In this document: one piece after another, positions 1 to 10,165 of the stretch
How positions within the stretch are numbered: position 1 is the stretch's first letter
Layout: every line of letters starts with the position of its first letter
Sequence record: MW879340.1
Reading direction: 5' to 3' (one strand)
Length of the DNA stretch: 64,000 bases
Program-made: the position numbers and the translations under genes
The notes under the pieces: generated by a model
Seen by the model: only the letters and a program-made list of their open reading frames with translations
Told to the model about the DNA's origin: nothing
The model's database searches: none

Positions 1-19
1 TACTTGGTAAGGTATTCAC

Positions 20-1024
20 ATGAGCAACGACCACCAAGTCAAAATCGTCGATGAAAAAGATAGACTCTTTGAATTCGGGGCCGACATAAAGACAACGGTA
101 TCTGTTCTCAGTAGCTTACCTATTCCGTTAGTAGTACGACAACGAAACGGGGTGAGCTCTGTGATCCGCCCCAAACACGGGGCCGGGTACAATTCAGGCG
201 TAGTGAAGATTCAACTGGAGGTACAAGCTAAGCCTGAAGTATTCTTGAACATAAGTCAACAATCTATGGAGTCTCTACCAGAAGAATATCAAATTCTGTA
301 CCAAGCTATCCAAACTATGAAGGATAGAGGGGCTGCTTGGGGTGGTATGCATTATGCGCGCATCTGCCTCACCTATAGCCGCGAATTCTTAGAACGCCAC
401 GGTGGTGAGTTCTATTCGACATTAGCGGATCTCGTGATCTCCATTCTCCCCGAAGGAGCAACACAAGAGCACCCATACTGCATCAGCGCTATACAGAAAC
501 AACAATCGTCACGTCTGCAAGATGACTTTGAAGGACTCGTGCTTTATGCTGTCCGACTGATTGACCGTTTCGATCAACTAGGCCCACGGTACATGAATAT
601 CAATGGAGACATATTCCGTATCGAACCCGAACCGTTAGAACGCATCACCGAACAGATGGCAGACGGTTTACATTTCCTGGGGACGCACCCGATGAGTAAT
701 GCCAAGGACATTACCCGTAATGCACGCACAACCTACGTCGCAATGGAGAAGTTGTTGAAGGATCCAACGGAATACGGCTTATGGTTAACCTTTGGTGAAG
801 CACGTCATCAAGGGAACAAAACTCTAGAAACAGCTCAGAATGCACTTAAGGAGTCGCAGAAGCTGTGTGATAAGAAAGATCGTTTAATCGAGAATTTGAA
901 GAAGGATGTGGAAGAGGCCAAGAACAAGCAGAAACAGGAGGGGAGTCTTGTGATGCATAAGGGAATCACCGAACTTATTAAACTGGCCACAGCGATGATT
1001 GGCATCGTAAAATTATTAAAGTAA
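20..1024 (+). CDS. Conserved jumbo-phage hypothetical protein with C-terminal coiled coil
   Basis: 334-aa ORF, AAGG upstream, directly before the RNAP subunit; heptad-like C-terminus (ETAQNALKESQKL...). Confidence 0.7.
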   Translation: MSNDHQVKIVDEKDRLFEFGADIKTTVSVLSSLPIPLVVRQRNGVSSVIRPKHGAGYNSGVVKIQLEVQAKPEVFLNISQQSMESLPEEYQILYQAIQTMKDRGAAWGGMHYARICLTYSREFLERHGGEFYSTLADLVISILPEGATQEHPYCISAIQKQQSSRLQDDFEGLVLYAVRLIDRFDQLGPRYMNINGDIFRIEPEPLERITEQMADGLHFLGTHPMSNAKDITRNARTTYVAMEKLLKDPTEYGLWLTFGEARHQGNKTLETAQNALKESQKLCDKKDRLIENLKKDVEEAKNKQKQEGSLVMHKGITELIKLATAMIGIVKLLK

Positions 1025-1036
1025 GGTAACATCATC

Positions 1037-2722
1037 ATGGATCCATTATTCGAAAACTTAATGAAGGGTCAGCTTGTCAAGATGAACCCGGATTTCTACG
1101 AAGGTCTTGTAAAGCGAGAAATGGATAAGTCGCTACATTACCTGGACCGTGTGTTTCGTAGTGCGTTTGGTAGTTTGGGATCTAACATTGAATATCTGGG
1201 CTATCGCTGCTGCCGTCCGGACGAAGAGTATCGCTTTAAGCTGAAACGTAATGGTGGGAACTCTCCATCAAAGATCCGTTACGAGTTAGCCCGCTCTGAT
1301 CTCCGTTTGGTTAAGTTTGACTTCATGATCGATGGGAAGGCCACTCACCCTCTGTTGCTGTACGTACCGTACTGTGACGATACGGGGCTGATGCATTTGC
1401 GTGGAACAGCGCATACGGTCTCCGCGGTTGTAGAAGACCCGGGTGTCTCAATTACGCAGGACGGGTGTTTCTTCCGTGTAACCTGTGACAAGATTGTGAT
1501 CCGTCGTACGGTGCACACCATCTGTAAAGATGAAGTGAACATCGCACAAAAACTGAAGCGTGTGCAAAAGCACATCAACATCCCCTATGGCAAGATCTAT
1601 CGTGCCAAACAACAAAAGGCGAATACCAACAAGAACCCACCGATGCCATCACTTCCGCATTATCTGTTTGCGAAGTTTGGGGTAACGGAGGCGTTCCGTC
1701 GCTTTGCACGTACTGAAGTAGTATTCGGCACCGAGTCAGAGATTACACCGGAAACGTATCCTGATTCAGAATGGACCCGTTATTACAGCACACGTGCGCA
1801 ACATCCCAACAACAAACGGCCTGTTGATTGGGCGCCAACGACTGCGGCCATTGCAGTACGAGCGTTGAATCCAAGTAACCTGACGGAGATCATGGTTGCC
1901 GGCTTCTTCTATGTTGCAGATTGTTACCCACAGGAATTCACCCCTGGCTATTCTGACGAACCGGATCACTGGCGTCTGATGATGGGTAAGATGGTGTTTA
2001 ACCGTCAGGTTAAGAATGTACAGATGACCGACTACCTGCGTCCACACTTTGAGTCCCTGGATACGTATCTGGATGCGATGGCGAAGGAAAATCTGGCAGA
2101 AGAAGGGATTGTGTGTGAAGACATCTACGAGGTGATGGTATTTATCATCGCTAACCTGGATACCATGATTAACACCGTGAATCTGGCAAGTGTGTATGGC
2201 AAGAAGTTGGCTGTCCTGCCCTACGTGCTGTCGCCAATCGTGCATGGGATCTTCTACACGAAATTTAACCTGATGCAGCAATGCAAACAATGGAACGTGG
2301 ATACCACCACCGGTGAGCGTACGATGTGTTTCACAGAAGCCAATCTGTTTGACGCGTTTAACCGTAACTTGAAACCAGAAGTCATTTACAAAGTAAAAGG
2401 ATCTGACCATGGTGAAATCAGTTCGATCGCAGCACCCGGTGACAATAAGCTGTTCAAGATCAACAACAAGTTGGTCCTGCAACAGAATGCGTCAGGTGGT
2501 AAAGGACGTCCCAGCACATCACCGATGTCTGATGATTCCAAATCGTTGGATGTGAGTATCGCTGACTGTACCGCGTATCTTCACATTACCAAACCAGACC
2601 CCTCTGGTCGATCGATTGCCAACCTGTACAAAACTCTGCCCAACAACCGCTTTGAACCATCAGTGAAGCACGACAAGTTGTTCGGCCGGACACAGGCGCT
2701 CATCACTCGTCGTAATATCTGA
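1037..2722 (+). CDS. Non-virion RNA polymerase beta-type subunit, N-terminal part (phiKZ gp123-like)
   Basis: LYVPYCDDTGLMHLRGTAHTVSAVVED resembles the beta N-terminal LPxxxxxG.F.I.G motif; size and position in the core block fit split jumbo-phage RNAPs. Recognised by eye. Confidence 0.72.
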   Translation: MDPLFENLMKGQLVKMNPDFYEGLVKREMDKSLHYLDRVFRSAFGSLGSNIEYLGYRCCRPDEEYRFKLKRNGGNSPSKIRYELARSDLRLVKFDFMIDGKATHPLLLYVPYCDDTGLMHLRGTAHTVSAVVEDPGVSITQDGCFFRVTCDKIVIRRTVHTICKDEVNIAQKLKRVQKHINIPYGKIYRAKQQKANTNKNPPMPSLPHYLFAKFGVTEAFRRFARTEVVFGTESEITPETYPDSEWTRYYSTRAQHPNNKRPVDWAPTTAAIAVRALNPSNLTEIMVAGFFYVADCYPQEFTPGYSDEPDHWRLMMGKMVFNRQVKNVQMTDYLRPHFESLDTYLDAMAKENLAEEGIVCEDIYEVMVFIIANLDTMINTVNLASVYGKKLAVLPYVLSPIVHGIFYTKFNLMQQCKQWNVDTTTGERTMCFTEANLFDAFNRNLKPEVIYKVKGSDHGEISSIAAPGDNKLFKINNKLVLQQNASGGKGRPSTSPMSDDSKSLDVSIADCTAYLHITKPDPSGRSIANLYKTLPNNRFEPSVKHDKLFGRTQALITRRNI

Positions 2723-2791
2723 CATGTTCCCTAACTCGTATGAGTAGCGCTTGTTACGCTCACACATCTACACTTTACGGACAACCTAATT

Positions 2792-5386
2792 ATGTATCAG
2801 CAATTTCCGCAGCAGCCGCAGTATCCTCAGCAACCAATGATGGCACCGCAACAGTATCAGCCGTACGGTGTGCAACCGCAGCAAATGCCGCAGGTTGCCA
2901 TGCCTAACGCGCAGGATGTGTTAAACGCTCTGGTCCAGTATGTCACGCAGAATGCTAACCAGACGCAAATCGGTGCCTACATTTACCAGCGTGGCACTCA
3001 GGGCGGTTGGCAGGATCAGGAATCCGCTACCGCTTTGCGTATTGCGCAAGGTTTCCTCATGCACATTGTGCGTAGTGCGCCAGGTATTCAACCGCAACAA
3101 GCGTTGACGATGGCTATACAGCAAACGTATGAAGTCATGGTGATCTCTGCGCTGAGCATGATGCCACAAATGGTTCAGTCGATGCCACAGCCGGTATTGC
3201 AAGGGTTGCTTCAAAACTTACCGCAACTCCAACAAGCGTTTTCACAAGCAACGCAGCTGGTTGGCCTTAATCAGGTTCTGTTACAGATTCCAGGTTATTC
3301 GGTTCAACAACAGCCGCAGTATCAACCTATCGCGCCACAAACGCAGCTCGCTCCGCAGTATCAGCAGTACGGTCAACCGCAGCAGAACATCCATCAGCAG
3401 TATGCATCGCCGATGGTGTCTCAGCCGGTTCGCCAACCAGGTCAGCAATCAGGTGCAGTAGCCAATAACGGATACAGCAACGCACGTCCGGTTATTCCAC
3501 CGGCAGCAGGGGTTAACCATTTAGGCGTCGCACCTATTGATATCGGTAAGTTAAACATCGGTACCAATCGCGTCCAGCAACAGCAGGAAGAAAACCTGGG
3601 TATCAGCGCACGTAAAGTTAACTACGGTGCGCCGTTGATTCAGGGTAACCTGCTGAAAAGCGAACCTGTTCAACAACCCGTAGCGCCGCAGCAACCTACG
3701 TACACACCGCCGGTACAAGCTCAGCCAGTTGCACCACAGTGGAACAATGGGGTGTTGGAATCTCATTCCACTCCGACGTTAGCGGAAGCTATTCATAACC
3801 AACTGAACCAGGACACCAGTCCAGGCAGCACGCAGTATCCTTCAGACATTAACTTCGACAGCATCATGTCGTTGGATACGGATGAAGAAGCGGCGTTGTT
3901 CAATGCACCGAACGACAACGCTAATCCAATGCCAAGCATGACCGAACTGTTTGGCGCGACCTTTGGGGCGAACAAAGCAACCCACATGCTTGACCCAATG
4001 CAGCAGGCGTTACCACAGATGCACGACACTTCGACTTACGCACATCACGTGCCAGCTGAAGCCGTTGTGGATCTGACCGCGGGTATGACTACTGTTCCAG
4101 TGGAAACCCAGCAGCAGGTAGCCGTGCTGAGTAAAGATGGATTGCCAGATGGTTGGCTCTTCACCGAGAAACATTACGACGCTGATTCCACGGACTTCTA
4201 CAACATCCTGGTTAAAGCGAAACGTCATAAAACCTGTCCGTGGCCAATTGGGTACGATCGTCGCTTCTGCTCGCGTCTGTATCGTTACATGGAAGATGGC
4301 TCAATTGAACAGAAAATCGTTGGAGTATCTATGGATCGCCTTAAACACGACATCTCTCTGCTGGACACCCCAGTGCCAACTGCTCAAATCCGTGATGCGG
4401 AAATGGCTGACTTCGGTCCGCTGACTGCCATGAACGTGAACGAAGCAGTGAAGATCGTTAAAGACCCTGAAGTAACGCAGGAGATCATTGACGAGAAGCT
4501 GGGCGAAAACAGCATCTTTGTTGTTGATAAGCCGGTATACGCGCTGTCACGTCAGGAAGCTATCCTGCTGACCAGCCTGAAAGTGAAACCATTAATGGAG
4601 AAACTGGAGAAAGGTGTGCACGGCTTTGAAACGCAGATCCGTGAGATCAGTCTGGTAACATCACATCCGAACGTTGAAGCTTTCCTGAACAACGAGCATG
4701 TCAACATGCTGACGCAGGATTCTACAGCAACGGACCTGATGCAGCTGGCCGAAGCGATTCGTGCAGTGCGTGCAGAGAACCTGCTGCCAGATCGTTCACT
4801 GCGTAAGATCACCGAGTACATGCGTGAAACATTGAACACCATGTTGCATGCGGACTACGGTTACTCTGACGAACTGGAGCTGGAAGATGAGCAGGCATTC
4901 GAAGACGAACTGGTTGACTTCATGTTGTACATGAACCAATCGCCGGATGACCTCGATGTGCTGCAACGCATCACCAAGAACTGGGATAACGTCCGTGCCC
5001 GTCTGTGTACGTTGTTAACCGGTAAAGCGTTAGAATCCGCTCAACAACAGCTGGGTCGTCGTTACGATCTGCCTGAAGAAGAGCGTAAACTGATGCTGGA
5101 CCAAATGTCTCACGCCATCCTGCTGCAATCTGCGTACAGTGTCACCACCATGGCCCGTACAGCTAAACAGATCCGTGCAGTAGATAACCAGCCTGCATTC
5201 GTTACCATGGCTTCTGAGCGTCCGTATCTGCATCAGCTGATGACTGACATCAAGAAACGTGGTAAAGCGTCTGGTGCTACGCTGAGCAAGCATTTCATCA
5301 TCACCCTGGACGGTATCGACCTGGCATTTACACAGGCTGGTCTGGGTAACGGCAATACGTTCCCAACGTTCTACGTGAACTACTAA
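2792..5386 (+). CDS. Large protein with Gln/Pro/Tyr-rich low-complexity N-terminus, function unknown
   Basis: 864-aa ORF; MYQQFPQQPQYPQQPMMAPQQYQPY and QQQPQYQP tracts; globular-looking C-terminal half. Confidence 0.8.
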   Translation: MYQQFPQQPQYPQQPMMAPQQYQPYGVQPQQMPQVAMPNAQDVLNALVQYVTQNANQTQIGAYIYQRGTQGGWQDQESATALRIAQGFLMHIVRSAPGIQPQQALTMAIQQTYEVMVISALSMMPQMVQSMPQPVLQGLLQNLPQLQQAFSQATQLVGLNQVLLQIPGYSVQQQPQYQPIAPQTQLAPQYQQYGQPQQNIHQQYASPMVSQPVRQPGQQSGAVANNGYSNARPVIPPAAGVNHLGVAPIDIGKLNIGTNRVQQQQEENLGISARKVNYGAPLIQGNLLKSEPVQQPVAPQQPTYTPPVQAQPVAPQWNNGVLESHSTPTLAEAIHNQLNQDTSPGSTQYPSDINFDSIMSLDTDEEAALFNAPNDNANPMPSMTELFGATFGANKATHMLDPMQQALPQMHDTSTYAHHVPAEAVVDLTAGMTTVPVETQQQVAVLSKDGLPDGWLFTEKHYDADSTDFYNILVKAKRHKTCPWPIGYDRRFCSRLYRYMEDGSIEQKIVGVSMDRLKHDISLLDTPVPTAQIRDAEMADFGPLTAMNVNEAVKIVKDPEVTQEIIDEKLGENSIFVVDKPVYALSRQEAILLTSLKVKPLMEKLEKGVHGFETQIREISLVTSHPNVEAFLNNEHVNMLTQDSTATDLMQLAEAIRAVRAENLLPDRSLRKITEYMRETLNTMLHADYGYSDELELEDEQAFEDELVDFMLYMNQSPDDLDVLQRITKNWDNVRARLCTLLTGKALESAQQQLGRRYDLPEEERKLMLDQMSHAILLQSAYSVTTMARTAKQIRAVDNQPAFVTMASERPYLHQLMTDIKKRGKASGATLSKHFIITLDGIDLAFTQAGLGNGNTFPTFYVNY

Positions 5387-5391
5387 TATAA

Positions 5392-5417
5392 GTGGGGGCT
5401 GCTTCGGCGGCTCCCGC
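5392..5417 (+). terminator. Hairpin terminator candidate
   Basis: gtgggggctgc-ttcg-gcggctcccgc followed by ttatgcc. Confidence 0.6.
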
Positions 5418-5442
5418 TTATGCCAATTAACCGGAGACCCGT

Positions 5443-5847
5443 ATGTTAGACAAGCTGGTTACAAAAGAGGATTACGAGGCAGCCTTCTGGTCACTGGAAG
5501 GTGGGCATGAGTACGGTAACCGCTGGATAGAAACAGCAGACCCTACCATCATGGATATCGAAGGACGGTTCTGTCAGGAGGAACTGGAAGCGTTCATTAC
5601 CATAATTAGCTACGATGCTAAACATCCACGTCAACCGCTAATCGACAGAATGCGGGTGGTTAGTGATGTGGAGTATCAACAGGCGGTCGCTCACATTGCG
5701 GCGGGTGATAATGGCAAACAACGTTTGACATTTACACCGCATCCGCATCTCATCGATGTAGACGGCCCATGTTCGATAGCCGACCTCACAGCGTTAATCA
5801 CAATCCTTGACTATAATTGTCAGCGCGCGGGGAAACCTTATGTCTGA
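5443..5847 (+). CDS. Hypothetical protein with two copies of a ~60-aa domain
   Basis: GGAG RBS; internal duplication (DIEGRFCQEELEAFITIISY / DVDGPCSIADLTALITILDY). Confidence 0.7.
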   Translation: MLDKLVTKEDYEAAFWSLEGGHEYGNRWIETADPTIMDIEGRFCQEELEAFITIISYDAKHPRQPLIDRMRVVSDVEYQQAVAHIAAGDNGKQRLTFTPHPHLIDVDGPCSIADLTALITILDYNCQRAGKPYV

Positions 5848-6028
5848 TAAACTCATCACTGAAGAAGAGAAGCGAGCGGCCGAAGATCTGATTCTTAACG
5901 ATCCAGAATACACCAACTACTTTGATGAAGATTGGGATTCAACCCATATTCTACTCGATGGTAAGTTCACCATTGAGCAGTTGGAAGCGGCTATCTTATT
6001 GAAACGTTACACTCAACAAGGAAAGTAA
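5840..6028 (+). CDS. Hypothetical protein, single copy of the same ~60-aa domain
   Basis: Start reassigned to ATG 5840 (MSDKLITEEE); LLDGKFTIEQLEAAILLKRY matches the preceding gene's repeats. Confidence 0.65.
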   Translation: MSDKLITEEEKRAAEDLILNDPEYTNYFDEDWDSTHILLDGKFTIEQLEAAILLKRYTQQGK

Positions 6029-6030
6029 CA

Positions 6031-6354
6031 ATGAGAGATGCTAACTTCGCTGCTAATTCACAGCTGCTGCGTGAGATGCTGTACGAGGTCACCACAGACG
6101 CTAATCTAACCGCACAGCAGCATCGCGACCATGCGTATGTACTGCGTGAGGTTAAACGTCGCTTAAACGAGCGCTACGGCGTTGCTGTGACATTATTCAA
6201 CCTTATCCCGCGTGATGGTACATATCTCAGCGTAGAGGCGCTGAATGAGTTTGGTGTATCCGCACGCATTATTGCCACCCACTTTGCAAACACCGCATGG
6301 ATGGCTAAACGTAAACACTTTGCCTTGTGGCAACCGGATCTTAAATCGGCATAA
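6031..6354 (+). CDS. Hypothetical protein
   Basis: 107-aa ORF, AAGGA RBS, coupled to the previous gene. Confidence 0.65.
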   Translation: MRDANFAANSQLLREMLYEVTTDANLTAQQHRDHAYVLREVKRRLNERYGVAVTLFNLIPRDGTYLSVEALNEFGVSARIIATHFANTAWMAKRKHFALWQPDLKSA

Positions 6355-6420
6355 AAGACGAGCGCCTTCTACCCCGCAGTGGGGTAGAAGGTCGCCGTCT
6401 CACTTATGCTTTTTTTTTGC
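6347..6420. terminator. Bidirectional terminator between convergent genes
   Basis: ccttctacccc-gcagt-ggggtagaagg 11-bp stem, T-tract at 6410-6418, flanked by cggcataa and ttatgc. Confidence 0.75.
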
Positions 6421-9400
6421 TTACACTTTGCCGAAATCTAAGTCGTCGTCAGAACCCTTTTCAGATTCTTTCTTCTTCTTAGCTTCCTTCTTCTGTGTAC
6501 GCTTGGACTTACGGTCACGACCGGTTGGCTTGTCTGCATCTTCTTCTTTGAAGTTGAGCTCGCCATCGTCCTGCTGCTGTTCTTCGAATTCTTCTTCAAC
6601 ACCATCGCTGGTAGGCTCAACGAAGTCGTCTGCTTCTGCACCGTCTACAGGTGGCTCCACAAACGCATCCGCTTCAGCGCCATCGACAGGCTGCTCTACG
6701 AACTCTTCAGGTGTTTCTTCACCTTCAACAGGCGGTACGTCTTCTTCAGAAGCTTCCGGTTGGATAGGGTTACCATCCGCGTCGAACTCTTCTTCCGGTG
6801 GAGTGTCTTCGTTGTTACCGTCGCCTTCCGGATTCGGTTCTTCAAAGTCATTCCCAGCACCGTCTCCCGGTTGTTCCTCGAACTCGCCATCTGCACCATC
6901 GACCGGAGTTTCTTGGAAATCATTACCCGCACCATCGGCAGGTTGTTCCTCGAATTCAGCAGGTGGTACTGGATTACCGTTCTCGTCCAATTCAGGTTCA
7001 GGTTCAACCGATCCTTCCTCGGCTACAATCGGATTACCTTCATCATCCAGCTCTGGCTCAACCGCTTCGATTGGGTTACCGTCTGCATCAAACTCTTCAG
7101 CCGGCTCTACTGGCTCAATCGGGTTACCTTCAGCGTCAAGTTCAGGTTCCACTGGTTCAGCAGATTCAATTGGATTGCCCTCGGCGTCCAACTCTGGTTC
7201 GGTCACGTCGGCCATCGGTTCGATTGGTTCGCCATTAGCATCAAGCTCTGGTGTTGCTTCTGCTGACATCAGTGACGCCGCTTCAGCTGATCCATCGCCC
7301 TCTGCACCTGCCTCGCTTCCGCCCTCAGAGAACTCCCCACCTTCGGAGAACTCACCAGCGCCTTCCACATTACCCTCACCAGTAAAGTCATCGCCACCAG
7401 TACCATCACCGTTAGCATCAAACTCACCGCCAGCACCATTATCAATGACGTTGCCATTTTCATCATACTGGATTTCACCACCGTCGTCACCTCCACCGAA
7501 ACCGTTGGCAGCTGGATCGTTCTCCAGATTGCCTTGCTCTTCCAGCTTATCAAAGGACTTCTTCAACTTGCCTTTCATTTTGTTAGAGAGCTTCAGGTAT
7601 TCGATCAAGCCGTTAGTGGCCTGTTCGTTGTATGCAACCATGGACGCCAGTAACGTGAACGATGCATTAGAATCATCACCCACTTCACACAGCTCAGTAA
7701 TGTCAGCATAGCTACCACTGCCCGCCATCCATTCACGCATTTTGTGCGCAACGAGGTTCTGACGCCACATCTCGAACTTACCGGTATCAGCACCGTCACC
7801 CAGCATATAAGACAGAATGTCGTCAGTGTAGAGATCCTTGATGGTGTTCTCGTAACGCTGACGCATGGTGTCGTATGCACGGTTCTGTTCGTCGATGTCT
7901 CCTTCCATCGGTTCTGGCAGGGACAACTCAATGGAGTTGATGAAGTTCACCAGGATAAAGTTAGCCAACGACTGATCGTTGTTCTCAATCTCTGGATGCT
8001 CTTCCTTCAGCTCTGCAAGCTGTTCTTTCCCTTTCTTAGAGGAAGGTGCCCACAGCTTCTTGTTATCCTGAATGGTCTGGTACAGATCGTTCATCAGGTT
8101 ACCGGACTTGGCAACGATCTTCTGTACGAGTTCAGACAGGAACGCGCAAAGCATGTGACGCTGCATACCCGTGGATTTACGGAACAGGGCGTTGTTGTTG
8201 ATGTGCTCGATCGCAAACTGAGTTGCGTTCTGCGTAGACAGCAGTGCAGGGTCAACGCCCCACATGTTCCACAGCATCTCCAATAACCGGTCGTTCCAGT
8301 CGGCATCCGGTGGTGTGATGTTACGTTTGTCGTAAGACACGTCCACGTCGATGTCAGGATAGCCTGGGTGACCACTGGTCTTAATTTGAACAGATGCTTC
8401 GTCCATGATGTTAATGACGTCACGTGGGTTACGTGCACCAATCAACGAGGACATCGTGCGGTTGCTGTTCAGGTGTGTGGTCACAATCGCTTCAACGGTG
8501 GCATCCGGTTCCGGGTTATCCGGATCCAGCTGGATACCCAGCGTGGTGATGTTAGTAGAAGAAGAGATGTTTGCCATGGTGGTAGCAATTACGTTTGCCA
8601 TCGCCATCGACGCATACAGCTTCGAACGCTCAAGCAGTGAACGGCCAATACCAAAGCGGTTATAATCAAACGCCATGTATACCAGAGACTCTTCTGGCAG
8701 GAAGAGGATCTTGGTTTTCAGGTTACGCAGTGTACGGGCAACCATCATGGATTTGATCTCGTCGGTCATACCCAGCGCCACTTTCTGCGCAAAGGTACCG
8801 TTGACGATACGCTGTACCAGATCGCGTTCAATCTCTTCGTTAACCTTACGGCGGAACTCGGTCATAGAGAAGTTATCAGAAGAACCGTTGCGGTATTCCT
8901 GAGCCATCTCGATAATGCCTTTCGTACCATCAATGGCACTGGCAGTATCCGACTTGTTCTGCATGTTGTCCTGGTAGGCGTTCTCGGACATGGCCGTAGA
9001 CAGCGGGTTACCGTCACCGTCCAACAGCACGTATGCACCGATACGGGCTTTCGGGTTACCTGGCAGGTGAACCGGGATAACCGCTTCAGGAGGCAGATCC
9101 ACCCACAGCACCGCATCCACGTTCTGTTTAGTCAGCTCATCATCACGACGAACTTCTACCAGATCGGTTGGTGCGTAGTCACGGGTTTTAAACAGCTGGT
9201 TATAAATGCCAACGTACTGTTCCTGTGACAGCTGTTTAGAGATGGATGTGTTGCCGCGGTTGTCACCTTTGTCTTTTGGCTTACCGTTCTCATCCAGGGC
9301 TTCGATACCGTAACTGCGGTGCTGACCTTTCAGACCACGCGGTACACGCACCTTGGTTGCCATGGCGTTACGGGCCAGGGTTAGCTTCAGCTGCGGGAGG

Positions 9401-10134
9401 CGCAGAATGGCATCGTTGTCGGTTACTTCGAAACCAAAGTTTTCCGTACCCACGTTGGTGCTGGTCATTGTCGGGACAGTACCGCTGATCAGTGATTCCA
9501 GAGAAGCACGTTGGCCGCTGTTCTTCTGAATAATGAAATCATTATCACCCAGCCAGCCACGGTTAATGAAGTTACCGTCTTTGTATTCGTCTTCCAATGC
9601 TTCCATAGAAGCACGGACGTGACCGTTAATGATATTGTCAAGCGCAGAACTGGACAGCAATGCAATCGGGCGAGAACCTTTGTAAAAAAGGATGTCTGCC
9701 AGCATGTCCTGTAAACGGTCCGTAATTTTATAGTTGTTTTCTACGTAATCCTTTACCGTATTCAACAACATATTGTTCAGGTCGTTGTTACGACCTTCAT
9801 ACGTTTCTGATGTATACGACAGGTTAATACTGGTTAAATCGCGAGGAGACAGAATGGCTGCCTGTAGAATGCTGAGTGCTTTAAAGGCTCCCGGCACCGA
9901 CTCCATGAGCTCATGGTTCGCGTCAATGGTGGTACTGGTGATCTTTGAGATACGATCCAGTGTCGCTTTAGAGATCTGATCCTTGTTAGCGTTACTGCCA
10001 CCTGTTTTAGTTTTTTCTTTGTTGTCTTCAGGTGTCAACATACCCAGGATCGATTGTGATACCGGATCCTTATTCAGCATATTCAGCTTGGGCGTCTTTA
10101 CACCGGACACCCCAGTTAATCTTTGACCAGCCAT
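6421..10134 (-). CDS. Probable portal protein (phiKZ gp129 / SPN3US gp81-like) with long acidic repeat C-terminal tail
   Basis: 1237 aa; AGGAG RBS; divergent from the virion gene block, as recalled for phiKZ-like portals; FDYNRFGIGRSLLE and IQLDPDNPEP segments; ~350-aa Glu/Asp/Pro/Gly tail. Identity inferred from size, synteny and recall. Confidence 0.6.
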   Translation of the reverse strand: MAGQRLTGVSGVKTPKLNMLNKDPVSQSILGMLTPEDNKEKTKTGGSNANKDQISKATLDRISKITSTTIDANHELMESVPGAFKALSILQAAILSPRDLTSINLSYTSETYEGRNNDLNNMLLNTVKDYVENNYKITDRLQDMLADILFYKGSRPIALLSSSALDNIINGHVRASMEALEDEYKDGNFINRGWLGDNDFIIQKNSGQRASLESLISGTVPTMTSTNVGTENFGFEVTDNDAILRLPQLKLTLARNAMATKVRVPRGLKGQHRSYGIEALDENGKPKDKGDNRGNTSISKQLSQEQYVGIYNQLFKTRDYAPTDLVEVRRDDELTKQNVDAVLWVDLPPEAVIPVHLPGNPKARIGAYVLLDGDGNPLSTAMSENAYQDNMQNKSDTASAIDGTKGIIEMAQEYRNGSSDNFSMTEFRRKVNEEIERDLVQRIVNGTFAQKVALGMTDEIKSMMVARTLRNLKTKILFLPEESLVYMAFDYNRFGIGRSLLERSKLYASMAMANVIATTMANISSSTNITTLGIQLDPDNPEPDATVEAIVTTHLNSNRTMSSLIGARNPRDVINIMDEASVQIKTSGHPGYPDIDVDVSYDKRNITPPDADWNDRLLEMLWNMWGVDPALLSTQNATQFAIEHINNNALFRKSTGMQRHMLCAFLSELVQKIVAKSGNLMNDLYQTIQDNKKLWAPSSKKGKEQLAELKEEHPEIENNDQSLANFILVNFINSIELSLPEPMEGDIDEQNRAYDTMRQRYENTIKDLYTDDILSYMLGDGADTGKFEMWRQNLVAHKMREWMAGSGSYADITELCEVGDDSNASFTLLASMVAYNEQATNGLIEYLKLSNKMKGKLKKSFDKLEEQGNLENDPAANGFGGGDDGGEIQYDENGNVIDNGAGGEFDANGDGTGGDDFTGEGNVEGAGEFSEGGEFSEGGSEAGAEGDGSAEAASLMSAEATPELDANGEPIEPMADVTEPELDAEGNPIESAEPVEPELDAEGNPIEPVEPAEEFDADGNPIEAVEPELDDEGNPIVAEEGSVEPEPELDENGNPVPPAEFEEQPADGAGNDFQETPVDGADGEFEEQPGDGAGNDFEEPNPEGDGNNEDTPPEEEFDADGNPIQPEASEEDVPPVEGEETPEEFVEQPVDGAEADAFVEPPVDGAEADDFVEPTSDGVEEEFEEQQQDDGELNFKEEDADKPTGRDRKSKRTQKKEAKKKKESEKGSDDDLDFGKV

Positions 10135-10165
10135 TTATAAGGCTCCTTGTATTCGGGAGATTCCC

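Noticed and set aside
6245-7711. 488-aa Ser/Pro/Gly-rich + strand ORF
   Set aside because: Antisense shadow of the low-complexity acidic tail of the - strand gene; it crosses a terminator and has no RBS.
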